The notes below the pieces were generated by a model. It had not been told where the DNA came from and made no database searches. It saw only the letters and a program-made list of their open reading frames with translations. DNA of 64,000 nt from Vicugna vicugna. Lineage: Eukaryota. A program made the translations under genes and the position numbers. The DNA lies in the NCBI GenBank assembly GCA_013265495.1, contig MU058557.1, positions 1 to 64,000 on the forward strand, written 5' to 3'. This document shows, one piece after another, positions 36,080 to 47,539 of this stretch. Each line of letters starts with the position of its first letter. The stretch's first letter is position 1.

Positions 36080-39000
36080 GTCAGAGGGTGGGCTGGGGCG
36101 GGCTCCCATCATCCCACCCTGACCCAGTGCTGGACCGTGTCCCTGTGGGAGCTCAGCTCAGACAGGAGTGGGCTGCTGGGTAGAGTTCCCTGGGGGTTGG
36201 CCAAGAGGGTCTTGGGCTGGAACCTGAGGACAGGGGAGGGCAGGCAGAGGAGCTCACTGACTGCTCTGGCTTCTCTCTCCTTTAAGCTCCCACACCCCAG
36301 CCCCTGTGCTGCAAGCCCAGCCTGGCCCTGCACCCGCCGGCTCTGGAGGACCTGCTCCTGGGCTCCAACGCCAGCCTCACGTGCACACTGAGTGGCCTCA
36401 GAAACCCCGAGGGCGCCCAATTCACCTGGACTCCCTCAGGTGGAAAGGTCGCTGTCCAGCAGTCACCCAAGCATGACCCTTGTGGCTGCTTCAGCGTGTC
36501 CAGTGTCCTGCCGGGCTGTGCAGAGCAGTGGAACAGCAAAACGACCTTCTCCTGCAGCGCCACCCACCCAGAATCCGAGAACACGCTAACTGCCACCATC
36601 ACCAAATCCTTAGGTGGGCCCGAACCCCACCCATGGACAGCTGGGCTCTCCTGAGCCTGCCTCTTCCCTGCTGCCCCCTCCCGCACCTTACATGGGGAAA
36701 CTGAGGCACGGGGTGCCCAGGGGACGGGGGGCTCTTTCCTCCCCATGCCAACTCCTGACCCGGCTCTCCGTCCTCCAGAGGACCCCATCCGGCCCCAGGT
36801 CCACCTGCTACCGCCGCCGTCGGAGGAGCTGGCCCTCAATGAGATGGTGACGCTGACGTGCGTTGTGCGCGGCTTCAGCCCCAAGGACGTGCTGGTTCGA
36901 TGGCTGCATGGGAACCAGGAGCTGCCTCGCGAGAAGTACCTGACCTGGAGGCCCCTGCCTGAGCCCGAACAGAGCATCACCACCTACGCCGTGACCAGCC
37001 TGCTGCGCGTGGAGGCCGAGGCCTGGAAGCAGGGAGACAACTACTCCTGCATGGTGGGCCACGAGGCCCTGCCCCTGGCCTTCACCCAGAAGACCATCGA
37101 CCGCCTGTCGGGTAAACCCACCCATGTCAACGTGTCTGTTGTCATGGCGGAGGCAGAAGGCGTCTGCTACTGAGCAGCCCCCACCTGCCTGCTCTTTGAA
37201 TAAACTCAATGCTCGCCTGAAGCAGCCCCGAGCCTCCCTCCGGCCACCCGTCAGTCCGTCCTGGGGGTCTGCGCACGCGGGGAGGGGCGGGGCCCAGAAA
37301 GGAAGGAGCACCCCTGCCCCAACACCAAGAGGGGCCCCGGGTTCCCGCCCAGCCAGGCACCCGAGGTGCCTTCACACCGTAAGCTTGTGCGAGTGTGTGA
37401 TCGTGAGTGTGGGTGCGTGGCACAGCCATTAGGGCCGAGCTGGGGGTGACACGTGCCCTTGCTGGGGCGAGAGGCAGGCACAGCCCCGGTGGGCCCTCCC
37501 ATCAGGCAGGTGACTTGGTCACTTGTAATTCAGGAAACTGCCTCTAGGGGCAGCTGGAGACACTAAGAGGGAAAGAGGGGAGCCTGGTGACGGGGAAGAG
37601 GCTGGTGCCATCACAGGGGATCCTGGGAGGAACGGCAAGGGAGGGGGCTGGGTTCCAGAGCCCCCGGACTATCCGCTGTGGGCACAACGCACAGACGCGC
37701 AGGCCAGCCCCGCTGCCTCGCACAGAAAGGGGACCAGCCCGGCCCCGCACCACACTGCTCTGCACGCGTGCACAGAGGTGCACACACACATGCACACGTG
37801 TGCTCACATGTGCTCAAGCTCACATGCACGCATGCGTGCACATGCCCAAAACCTGCAGGTGCAGGAAGTTCACAGCCAGACTAGCTCCAGGAAGGCAAGA
37901 GGAATCCCTGCCCGAGCCCCAGGGGGTATCCCCTCCTGGCCGCAGGCCTCCCTGTGTGCCCGGCTGGGTACAGACTGGGGGTCAGTGTGAGAGACCCCTC
38001 TCAGGCAGCACCTACTCCCTGCCCAGCCCCTGGATTTGAGTCTCTCATCCCTTGCTGACCCCCAAGTATGGACCAAACCATAGATGGTCAGGGCAGGGGT
38101 GGGAAGGGGTCAGAAGAAACAGCTCCCACCCAGAACCCCTCCACATCCTCTGCTTGGAGTTCCTGGCCAAAGGGGAGGGCCAGGGAGGGGCAGTCCCATG
38201 ACCACCATGAGACACCCAGCACAAGGGCTCCCACAAGGGGGCAGAGGGGCCCCTGTTCTTGTCCCAGACACCTGCTGGGCCTCCCCAGGGAACCTGACCT
38301 TCTGGCTGCCTCTCTTTGCTCCCAGGGCCAAAGTGGAGTGCGGACCCCTACCCACCCTGGCCACAGCTCCCTTCTCTAATGGTCCAGTCACCAAACGGCA
38401 ACAGAGGGAGCAATGAGTTCAGTGAGGAAGTGCTGAGATAGAGAATGTGGTCCAGCCACCAAGGGACCAGGACCTGCCCAAAGGAGGAGCTTTCTAAAGA
38501 GATGAGGAGGGAGGAAGAGTCAGGAGATGAGGGTGAAGCCAGCAGATAGACAGCACAGAGATAGGTGGATGGATCACAGGACATATAATGGGTGAAAGGA
38601 TGGACAGACAGGTGGGTGGATGGACAGTTGGATGGATGGATGAAAGGATGGACAGACAGATGTATGGATGGATGGGTGGGTGGGTGAATGGGTGATGCCA
38701 TGGATGGATGAACGAATGGATGAATGACTGGATGTGTCAGCATATAAGAAGCAGGTTCAAATCCCATTTAACGTGGGAGTCTATGCCCTGGGACCCTGAA
38801 GAACGCAGAGCTCCCTTTGCTGGTGGCCTTCACTGGGGCCTTTCTGGTGCTCCTTGTAGCTTATTGGCCACCTCCTGGGAGAGCAGCAGGGGTCCCCGGT
38901 CATGTCCCCCCACCTGGCCCTTGGCACACTGAACCACAGACCAAAGTCTGTGTCTCAGTCTGAAGCACCCTGAGGTGGGCATGTCTGGTCTCCTCTGGCC

Positions 39001-39540
39001 CCACCAGGGCCCAGGCCACGGCCAGCCCAAGGCCAAGGGCCTGCGGAGCACGCTGGAGGCCTCGGGCTTGAGCTTTCCTCGGCGCAGCAAGGACAGTGCC
39101 CACACTCCCGCCCTGCGTGTCTCTCTCAGGGGCTCTGAGGCCCCAGAGCAGGAGTCCTGTGGGCGTCTCAAGAGCTGCAAGGATCCCAGCCCCTTCCCTG
39201 GGCACCTGCTGTCCCGTCCCCCCTGAGGCAGCCTCAGAGCTGAGACCGGGCACCCCTACAGCCAGTGTCCCCAGCCTGAGAGCTGGTGGAAGGGGAGGGC
39301 GCTGGCTCGGCCGCCACCCACACAGGCCCTGGGTGTCTTACAGATCACCAGAAGCCGCTTCCCTGGCTGGTGCTGGACCTGCTCCAGGAGGGCCCAGAGG
39401 AGGACGGCCCGGAGGCCAGCCTGTGGCCCACCACCATCACCCTGCTCACCCTCTTCCTTCTGAGTCTCTTCTACAGCACGGCACTGACTGTGACGAGCGT
39501 CCGGGGCCCACCTGGCAGCAGAGAGGGCCCTCAGTACTGA
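35774..39540 (+). CDS. IGHA: Ig alpha heavy-chain constant gene (CH1, hinge-CH2, CH3-tailpiece, M), apparently intact
   Basis: Three C domains, tailpiece ending CY*, single membrane exon. Confidence 0.95.
36287..36613 (+). CDS. IGHA: Alpha hinge-CH2 exon
   Basis: [33 protein letters not shown]...TATITKSL (translated by hand); ctttaag| and |gtgggc. Confidence 0.9.
36779..37173 (+). CDS. IGHA: Alpha CH3 and secretory tailpiece
   Basis: [22 protein letters not shown]...[33 protein letters not shown]; membrane donor 37111/37112. Confidence 0.96.
37199..37204 (+). terminator. Secreted alpha polyadenylation signal
   Basis: AATAAA 25 nt after the stop. Confidence 0.85.
38560..38735. repeat. Degenerate (TGGA)n microsatellite
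   Basis: tggatggatggatgaa... Confidence 0.8.
39326..39540 (+). CDS. IGHA: Alpha membrane exon (acceptors at 39326 and 39344)
   Basis: (GPGCLT)[65 protein letters not shown]. Confidence 0.92.
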
Positions 39541-39967
39541 GCCGGGGCCGGCCGGGCGCAGGTGGGGGCTAGGGGACAGAGCAGCGGGCTGACGGGAGAG
39601 ACTGCCTGGCTCCACCAGAGCACAGCCTATCCTTCCAGCCTGGCGGCCTAGTCTGGAGAGGGGGGTCCCCTCAAAGACACTAGGACATGGGCAGGCCCAG
39701 GGTCAGAGCACGATTATGCCCCAGCCAGGCCAGGACATTGCTCCCCCTGGGTGCACCTGCTGCTGGACTCAACTCAGTCCCCTGGGAGCTGGCCATGGCG
39801 GGGATGGGGTGACGACAAGGACCCTACCCACCTCAGAAGCCCCCTCAGGCCCTGACCCTCTTGTATTTGCAGGGAGGAGCCTGGAGCAGCCTCCTGAGAG
39901 CCCAGCTGAATGTCAGAGCTCAGCCCTGCTCAAAAGCTGCACACCCACCCAGAGGCCTTCCTGGTGC

Positions 39968-39973
39968 AATAAA
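39968..39973 (+). terminator. Membrane alpha polyadenylation signal (second candidate at 40134-40139)
   Basis: AATAAA downstream of the alpha-M stop. Confidence 0.65.
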
Positions 39974-40209
39974 CCATCCCAAAAGCAAAACTTCTCAGCC
40001 TCTGAATGAGCGGGAGGGGAAAAGAGAAGGGCAGGCTCTGGAGAGGGGTATGCCTACCTCATGGCCCAAGGCAGGGTCTCAAGAGGCATGGATGCAGTCC
40101 CATGTGCCTAGAACCCACCAGCTGGTCCTGAAAAATAAAAGGACAAAGCAAGAGCTGGACTTCACCAACAAGATTATGATGCCGACCTTTCAGAGACACC
40201 AAAGTCTCT

Positions 40210-42075
40210 GTCCTGACCCCTGGGCCCTGGTCCTGACCCCTGGGCCCTGGTCCTGATCAATCTTCCCTGGTCTTGATCACTGAGCCGTGAGCCTGATCAC
40301 TGAGCCCAGGGCCTGATTACTGAGTCTTGGTCCTGATCACTGACCTGGGTCTGATCACTGATCCCTGGTCCTGATCACTGGCTCCTGGTCCTGATCACTG
40401 GGTCCTGGGCCTGATCCCTGAGCCCTGGTCCTGATCCCTCGGCCCTGGGTCTGATCACTGAGCCCTAAACCTGATCACAGAGCCTTGGTCCTGATCACTG
40501 ACCTGGGTCTGATCACTGAGCCCTAAACCTGATCACAGAGCCTTGGTCCTGATCACTGACCTGGGTCTGATCACTGAGCCCTAAACCTGATCACAGAGCC
40601 TTGGTCCTGATCACTGACCTGGGTCTGATCACTGAGCCCTAAACCTGATCACAGAGCCTTGGTCCTGATCACTGACCTGGGTCTGATCACTGAGCCCTAA
40701 ACCTGATCACAGAGCCTTGGTCCTGATCACTGACCTGGGTCTGATCACTGAGCCCTAAACCTGATCACAGAGCCTTGGTCCTGATCACTGACCTGGGTCT
40801 GATCACTGAGCCCTAAACCTGATCACAGAGCCTTGGTCCTGATCACTGACCTGGGTCTGATCACTGAGCCCTAAACCTGATCACAGAGCCTTGGTCCTGA
40901 TCACTGACCTGGGTCTGATCACTGAGCCCTAAACCTGATCACAGAGCCTTGGTCCTGATCACTGACCTGGGTCTGATCACTGAGCCCTAAACCTGATCAC
41001 AGAGCCTTGGTCCTGATCACTGACCTGGGTCTGATCACTGAGCCCTAAACCTGATCACAGAGCCTTGGTCCTGATCACTGACCTGGGTCTGATCACTGAG
41101 CCCTAAACCTGATCACAGAGCCTTGGTCCTGATCACTGACCTGGGTCTGATCACTGAGCCCTAAACCTGATCACAGAGCCTTGGTCCTGATCACTGACCT
41201 GGGTCTGATCACTGAGCCCTAAACCTGATCACAGAGCCTTGGTCCTGATCACTGACCTGGGTCTGATCACTGAGCCCTAAACCTGATCACAGAGCCTTGG
41301 TCCTGATCACTGACCTGGGTCTGATCACTGAGCCCTAAACCTGATCACAGAGCCTTGGTCCTGATCACTGACCTGGGTCTGATCACTGAGCCCTAAACCT
41401 GATCACAGAGCCTTGGTCCTGATCACTGACCTGGGTCTGATCACTGAGCCCTAAACCTGATCACAGAGCCTTGGTCCTGATCACTGACCTGGGTCTGATC
41501 ACTGAGCCCTAAACCTGATCACAGAGCCTTGGTCCTGATCACTGACCTGGGTCTGATCACTGAGCCCTAAACCTGATCACAGAGCCTTGGTCCTGATCAC
41601 TGACCTGGGTCTGATCACTGAGCCCTAAACCTGATCACAGAGCCTTGGTCCTGATCACTGACCTGGGTCTGATCACTGAGCCCTAAACCTGATCACAGAG
41701 CCTTGGTCCTGATCACTGACCTGGGTCTGATCACTGAGCCCTAAACCTGATCACAGAGCCTTGGTCCTGATCACTGAGCCCTGGGCCTGATCACAGAGTC
41801 TTGGTCCTGGTCACTGAGTCTTGGTCCTGGTCACTGAGTCCTGGTTCTGATCCCTCGGCCCTGGGTCTGATCACTGAGCCCTGGGCCTGATCACTGAGCC
41901 CTGGGCCTGATCCTTGGGCCCTGGGCCTGATCACTGGGTCCTGGTCCTGATCCCTGGGCCCTGGGCCTGATCACTGAGCCCTGGTCCTGATCCCTCGGCC
42001 CTGGGTCTGATCACTGAGCCCTGGGCCTGATCACCGGGTCCTGGTCCTGACCCCTGGGCCCTGGGCCTGGTCACC
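40210..42075. repeat. 20-bp-monomer tandem array with a central 58-bp higher-order unit (22 copies plus a partial one, 40460-41775)
   Basis: Unit gagccctaaacctgatcacagagccttggtcctgatcactgacctgggtctgatcact; unit starts at 40460 and 41736 are exactly 22x58 apart; flanks are diverged 20-mers. Confidence 0.95.
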
Positions 42076-42469
42076 CCGTCCTGCCCCTCCCTTGGCCAGC
42101 TCCTGGTTCTCTCCATTATCTGAAGTCTGAGCGCTTGCTCTTTGGCTGCACTGCTTCATCTTCAAGCCTGAGTCCTGTTCTCACCCCAGAGGTCCTGAGT
42201 CTGACTCACGTGGAGGAAGGGAGCCTCCCAGGGGCCCTGAGACCCTCTTGGTCTGGCACTGGATGTCATCTCACCCTGCTGCACCCCTTCCAGGACCCAG
42301 AGTGCTTTGCAGATGCCAGGTTGACTTCATGGGAAGAAAACAGCCCCAGACCCCCGTCCACGAGGGTCACCAGGCACAGGGCGACCAGGGGGAGAGGGCT
42401 TGAGTGCAGGAGTGGGGGCAGGGGCGAGGAGAGGCAATGGTGTTTTGTTCTCTTGTTTTTCTCTTTCTT

Positions 42470-42620
42470 CACAAGCCTCATCACCTGCTGACACACCCAA
42501 AATAGCCCTACGGGGAGGCTGAGTCATTGCAAACACAGCCTAGCACAGGTGTCCCAGCCAGGCTGCTGTTCTGAGAATCACGCTCCAAAACCGAGAGCTG
42601 GCCAGATGGGCCTGGGGCCT
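42470..42620 (+). promoter_or_regulatory. IgH 3'RR enhancer hs3
   Basis: E-boxes CACCTG (42482) and CAGGTG (42546); MEF2-like CCAAAATAG (42497); AP-1/MARE GCTGAGTCA (42518-42526); position between C-alpha and the palindrome. Confidence 0.7.
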
Positions 42621-43522
42621 GGGGCCTGGGCAAGGGGCCAGAGCCCCAGAGAGCCCTTTGTTAGGAATGAATTCCCCGAGGCCTGCAGAAGGCCCTGTAG
42701 CCCCCCACCCCACACTAGCCCCCATCAGCATGCGGTTAGCCAGGATCTTCCCAAGGTCAGCTGGGATCACCCAGAGAAGCCTGTGTCAGGCAGGACCAGC
42801 CAGGGTCAACCAGAGTCAGGCCTTAGAGAGCCCAAGGCCAGCCAGGACTAAGCAAAGGTCAGCCTGAGTCTGCCAGGGTCAAACCAAGGTCATCCGGGGT
42901 CAGCCCACAGTCAGCTCACAGTCACAGCCAAGGGTCAGCCCAGGGTCAGCCCAGGTTCCACCAGGGTCTGCAGAGGGTTTTCTGACATCCACGCAGCGCG
43001 GGCCAGGGCAGCGGGACACGGCAGCCACAGGACGATCTGGGAGCCGCCAGCACACCAGCTGAGCGAGGCCCAGGAGCGAGGCTGGCGTCACAGGGTCTGG
43101 CGTTGACTCCGCCAGGCCCCACTCCCCGCCTACCCCTCCTCCTTTTCTCCCGTGCCAGGTCCCACAGCCAAGGGCCAGATCCAGGCACAGCCCTGGGGCC
43201 CCAGCAGCTAGCTCCCATGGGCCATGGGCCATGGGCCAGGGCAGGAAAAGCCCACAGGCCTCGTAGCAGGACACACATCCCACACGCAGGGACAAGGGCT
43301 CAGGAAGGGAAGGCCATACCAGGGTTGGCAAGAGACACAGGGATGGGGAGAGACAGAGATGGACAGAGACAGAGAGGCAGGGATGAAGCAGGGTGAGACA
43401 AGGGAGCAAGTGGGAAGACAAGAGAGACAGGGGCAGGAGAGAGGGGAGGATGGGGAGAGAGGCACAGAGAAAGAGACAGAAAGAGGCAATGAGAAGGGAC
43501 AAGACGTTGGTTCAAGCCCCGT

Positions 43523-44373
43523 CCCCACCCCACGCACTCCTCCCTCCAGGCCCTCGGGCTCAAGGAGTCCACTCCGGCCTGGTCCCTGGCTATGGGGCCG
43601 AGCACGTGCCCGGGCTTCTGTGCCCGCCGACCCCACCACTCACTAGCCCTGAGCCCCTGCTCTGCCTCAGGGCCCCCTGGGGAGGGGGGCGTGGGCTCTC
43701 TGCTTGGAGGCAGCCCTGCACTGATGGTGCAGGGGGACAAGGGAGCGGCCGAGTGAGGCCTGGGCCAGAGCCGGGGGGCCGTGTGCATGTGGGGGCAGAG
43801 CAGCTCGGGGACCCACCCCAGGTCTCTGGGATTCCCACTGGCTCTCCCCCCGTGCTGGCTGGGACAGGCCTCCAGGCCTCGGGGAGACACCCACAGGCCT
43901 GCCTGGGCCCTGAGCCCGGGGCTGCCAGGGGGGTGACACTGTCTAGGGAGGCAGGAGGTGAGGGGACCCTGGGGCACTGGGACCCCAGCCCCTCCCAGGG
44001 CTGGTGTGGGGTGCCCCTCAAAGGGCCGACCGCCGGGGACTCTGGGCCTGCTGCCCCTGGAGCCGGTGCCCAGGGACAAGCAGAGCAGGAGAACCAGCAC
44101 AGCTCAGCCTGAGGATGGTGATGGGTGCCACCAGGTCAGCAGCGCAGGGGGCTGGGCTGACCTCCAGATGGTGGGGAGGGCCCTGGCGGGGCCAGTGTGG
44201 GGCCGAAGGTCGTGGGAGAGGTCTGGCTGAGGCTTGTCCGGGCCTGGCCCAGGGGCAGCTCAGAGTGGCCCAGCCAGTGGGAGGTGGGGAGTGGGGGCGG
44301 AGGAGCAGGGACGTGGGGGTGACAGGGCCGGGTAGGGGCCTGGGGGGACGATGGGTTTGCTCTGACTGAGCCC
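43523..44373 (+). repeat. Left arm of the 3'RR inverted repeat
   Basis: 43523-44153 is the reverse complement of 47645-48275; 44299-44373 matches 47540-47614. Confidence 0.95.
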
Positions 44374-46004
44374 TGAGGCAGAGTGGCTGCCACGTGGAGA
44401 ACAGACTTGGGGTCCAAGTGGAGGCAGGGCATCAGGTTTAGGGCTGGGGTTCCAGGTGGGGACAGCAGGGCACAGGCTGATCAGGGGGGTCGGGCGCATT
44501 GGGTGAGGGGTCGGGGGAGCTGGGAGGGAGCAGAGGGGGCTCTTCACCTCTGCTGATTACAGATGTTTCAAACGCACACGAAGACAGCGGACGAGAGCCC
44601 CCGATGCCAGTCCCCCACCACACGTGTGTCACCTCACGCGTATCCATGTCCCTCCAGCCTCGCCCCAGTGTTGTTCCTTGCATTCGAGGCACATTGTTCT
44701 GGAAACCGTCGCTGAGGAGGGTATGTGGGCGAGGGGCTGGGGCCTGGGGATGTCCAGGCTAGTCTACCTGCCCACCAGCCCTACTCCCCCATCTCACCTG
44801 TAAACCCTTGGCCTGCATCTCCCGAGACCAGGGGGCCTGAAGGACTCCAAGCCTGGTCGTGCTAGTGGCTCCTAACTTCTCAGGATCACCCAGGTGGCCC
44901 AAGTTCCCCTGGCCACCCGCTCCCCAGCATGAGTCCTGTGTCCTCGGTGGTCCGCGTGGACCCTTCCTCTGTGCCCCTGGCCCTGTCCCATGTCTCCAGG
45001 GGCAGGTCCCAGGCATCAGGGCAGCCCCAGCTCCTCAGAGCCTGGGACCCTCTCTGGGGAGCTCACGGAGCCGTGGGTGTGGGTGGGTGAGTGAACATGG
45101 CTGTCACTGCCCAGCCGTGGCCCCCAGCCTCACCCAGGTACGGGCAGATCGGCCAGCACCGGGGACTCCAGAGCAAAGCCATGTCCGGCCTGCTGACCTC
45201 GGGGTTCATTTCATCAAGGGTCGCAGGGTGAGGGCTCCTACCCCTCCCAACCCCTCTTCACGTGTCAGCTGGAACCTTCTAGAGGGAGATGCCCCCTCGC
45301 CTCCTGCCTTGTGACTGTGGAGCACAGACCATTCAGGAAAGGGGGCAGGCGCCCAGCAGGGAGAAGCACGGCACAGCGGTGGGGACAGACAGACAGACAG
45401 AGACAGACACAGAGACAGAACAAGAGATGGAGACAAAGGGAGGAAGAGACAGACAGAAAGAGACACAGACAGAGAGGAAGAGACAGAGGCACAGAAAGAC
45501 AGAGGCACGGGGGGGGACAGCTGGCGGGAGACAAGGACAGAGGGAGAGGGTCCAAGAGAGATGGGGTCAGAGGTTCAGATGGGGACAGGGTGTGGCCAGG
45601 GCCCGGGAAGGCAGGATGAGGACAGGGACGAGGCCAGCCGGGCAGGGGAACAGGCTGACCAGGGCTCGGTGCTGTGTGTGGGGACCACGGTGCTCGCTCA
45701 CCTGTGACCTCAGGCCAGCTCCCGGGCCCTGCAGAGCCCTGCCGTCCTGTTGTAAAGCGGCAACTGCCAGGCTGGCGGGGTGGCCAGCGTCTGGACCGCC
45801 AGGGTCCCTGGGCAACCCTCAACACATCCTCTCCTCTGCTCCCTCCTACTCCCCGTGCCCCCTGATGGTTTTGGGGTCTGTGGTTCACAAAGACCAAGGC
45901 AAGCTGAAAACCATCGTTGTCATTCACTGAAGTCACCATTCGCAGGGGGTCACTGTGTCACTGACCCAGGTTGGGTCTGGGGGTCTCTGTCCTGGGGGAG
46001 GGGC

Positions 46005-46235
46005 TCAGGGACCCCCACTCCTGAGGCCTGGGCCAGCCTGCCATGCTTGGGGGCTGGTGGCTGGGGCTGCAGGTGTGGAGTCAGTACAAGCTATTTCTGG
46101 AAGAAGCCTCAGGGGCTGATAAACATGTTTTTCGGTGTGGAACAAACAGCCATTTGCATGTGCCCTCCAGGGCCAAGTCTGCCCCGAATGAGTAACCTGG
46201 AGAGAAACAGGCCAGCGCCCTCACACCTGCTGGGG
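46005..46235 (-). promoter_or_regulatory. IgH 3'RR enhancer hs1,2 (ATGCAAAT on the minus strand)
   Basis: Reverse complement reads GGCAGACTTGGCCCT..GGGCACATGCAAATGG.TGTTTGTTCCACACCGAAAAACATGTTT...TTCCAGAAATAGCTTG, matching the recalled human hs1,2 core; octamer at 46152-46159. Confidence 0.92.
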
Positions 46236-46338
46236 GGCGGGGGGGGGGTGAGGCCCTGGGTCACAGCCTGGCCTTGGGCCCAGAGACCCCAGCGATGCAG
46301 CCCCCGCCCGCCGTCAGCCCTGCCAGCTCAGGTGCACT

Positions 46339-46830
46339 TGCTGTCCGGGAAAATAATCAAGAAACGGTCAATAAGCAGAGTAGAAAAGAGTTTTATTTGA
46401 GCCAAACCGAGGGCGAGCCCGGAGCTCACTTCCCGGTGACTCTGAGGAACTGCTCCAGAGCAGCAGCGTTTCCAGCTCGGCTGTAAGTCTTGTCACAACA
46501 CAGAACATCAAGGTCAGGGACGCCGTCCTCCAAGGTCCCAGGAAAACCAGACCAGCACGTGCACGCACAGCACGAACAGCCCGGCCCGGCCCCCGGGAGG
46601 GGGTCGTCACGGAAGAAGGGCCAGTGCGGGCGTCCCAGGGCGGGAGGCGCTTCCGCTCGGACGTTCTCTGCTTCTGGTCAGTGCGCCCTTTTCTTTAATA
46701 ATTAAAGTAGATGGACAAGGTATGTTTGGGCCACACACAGGCTGTTCTAGCATCAAATTCAAGTTCACCCCTGTGTAAGCCAGAGCGACGCCCCAGACCT
46801 CCATGGGTGGGCATCTCTATTCTTAGCACA
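46339..46830 (-). mobile_element. Probable ERV1 solo LTR beside hs1,2
   Basis: AATAAA on the minus strand (46392-46397); ttttatttgagccaaac...ctctgaggaactgctcc resembles recalled ungulate ERV1 LTRs; ends uncertain. Confidence 0.5.
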
Positions 46831-47539
46831 CAGGCTGGACCCCCGGGGAAAGCCCCCAGCAGCCCCTGGCAGGTCCCACCCCCAGATGAGTGCGTGAGAC
46901 TCAGGCCGGCTCGGGCCCCCTGGTGCCCTCGGCCAGCTTGGACGTGGCACCCAGGGGCCCAGGGCAGAGGGGGAGCAGCAGTGAGGCCACACCGGCCAGG
47001 GGCCCAGGACTGGTGTCTGAGGGACACCGACCTGGGCCAGTGCCTGGGTGGTGGCGGCGTCACAGGCCAGTTGGAGGGAGGTCCCTGTGCAGAGCCGGCG
47101 CTGGTGGAGGCCTGGGTTTCCGTCGGCCTCAACGAGGGGAACGGGAAAGAGGGAAGCCCTCTGGGCCCCTCGGCTCCAGCCGGCCTTCCCATGGTGGTAG
47201 CACAGGCTGCATGGCCGGGAGCAAGCCTGGGGCAGGCAGAGGGGCCAGGACTTCCACACCATCCCTGTGACTCTGAGGACTGACCTGTTATTCTCAACAC
47301 TGGAGAATAACGGGGTGGGAGTCCTTGTGCACCGCAAAACCAGGCAGTAGCCAAGGGCGCTGCTCCTTCCAGAAGGTTCCCAGCTGACATATGAAAGGAT
47401 GAAAGATGTGGGAGCCAACTTTGAACCCTGAATGAAACGATGGCCCTCACTTCACGTGCCTGCCTCTGCCTGGATGCCAGGTCCCTTCCTCACGTGGCAG
47501 CCAGGGACACAAGGTCATAGCAGGCCACACCTTATGTCT

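Noticed and set aside
36291..36300. Second acceptor (caccccag) giving a hinge-shortened IgA
   Set aside because: It lies 14 nt downstream of the main acceptor and is out of frame.
40460..41775. CRISPR-like array
   Set aside because: Units are contiguous and identical with no unique spacers or cas genes, in a mammalian locus.
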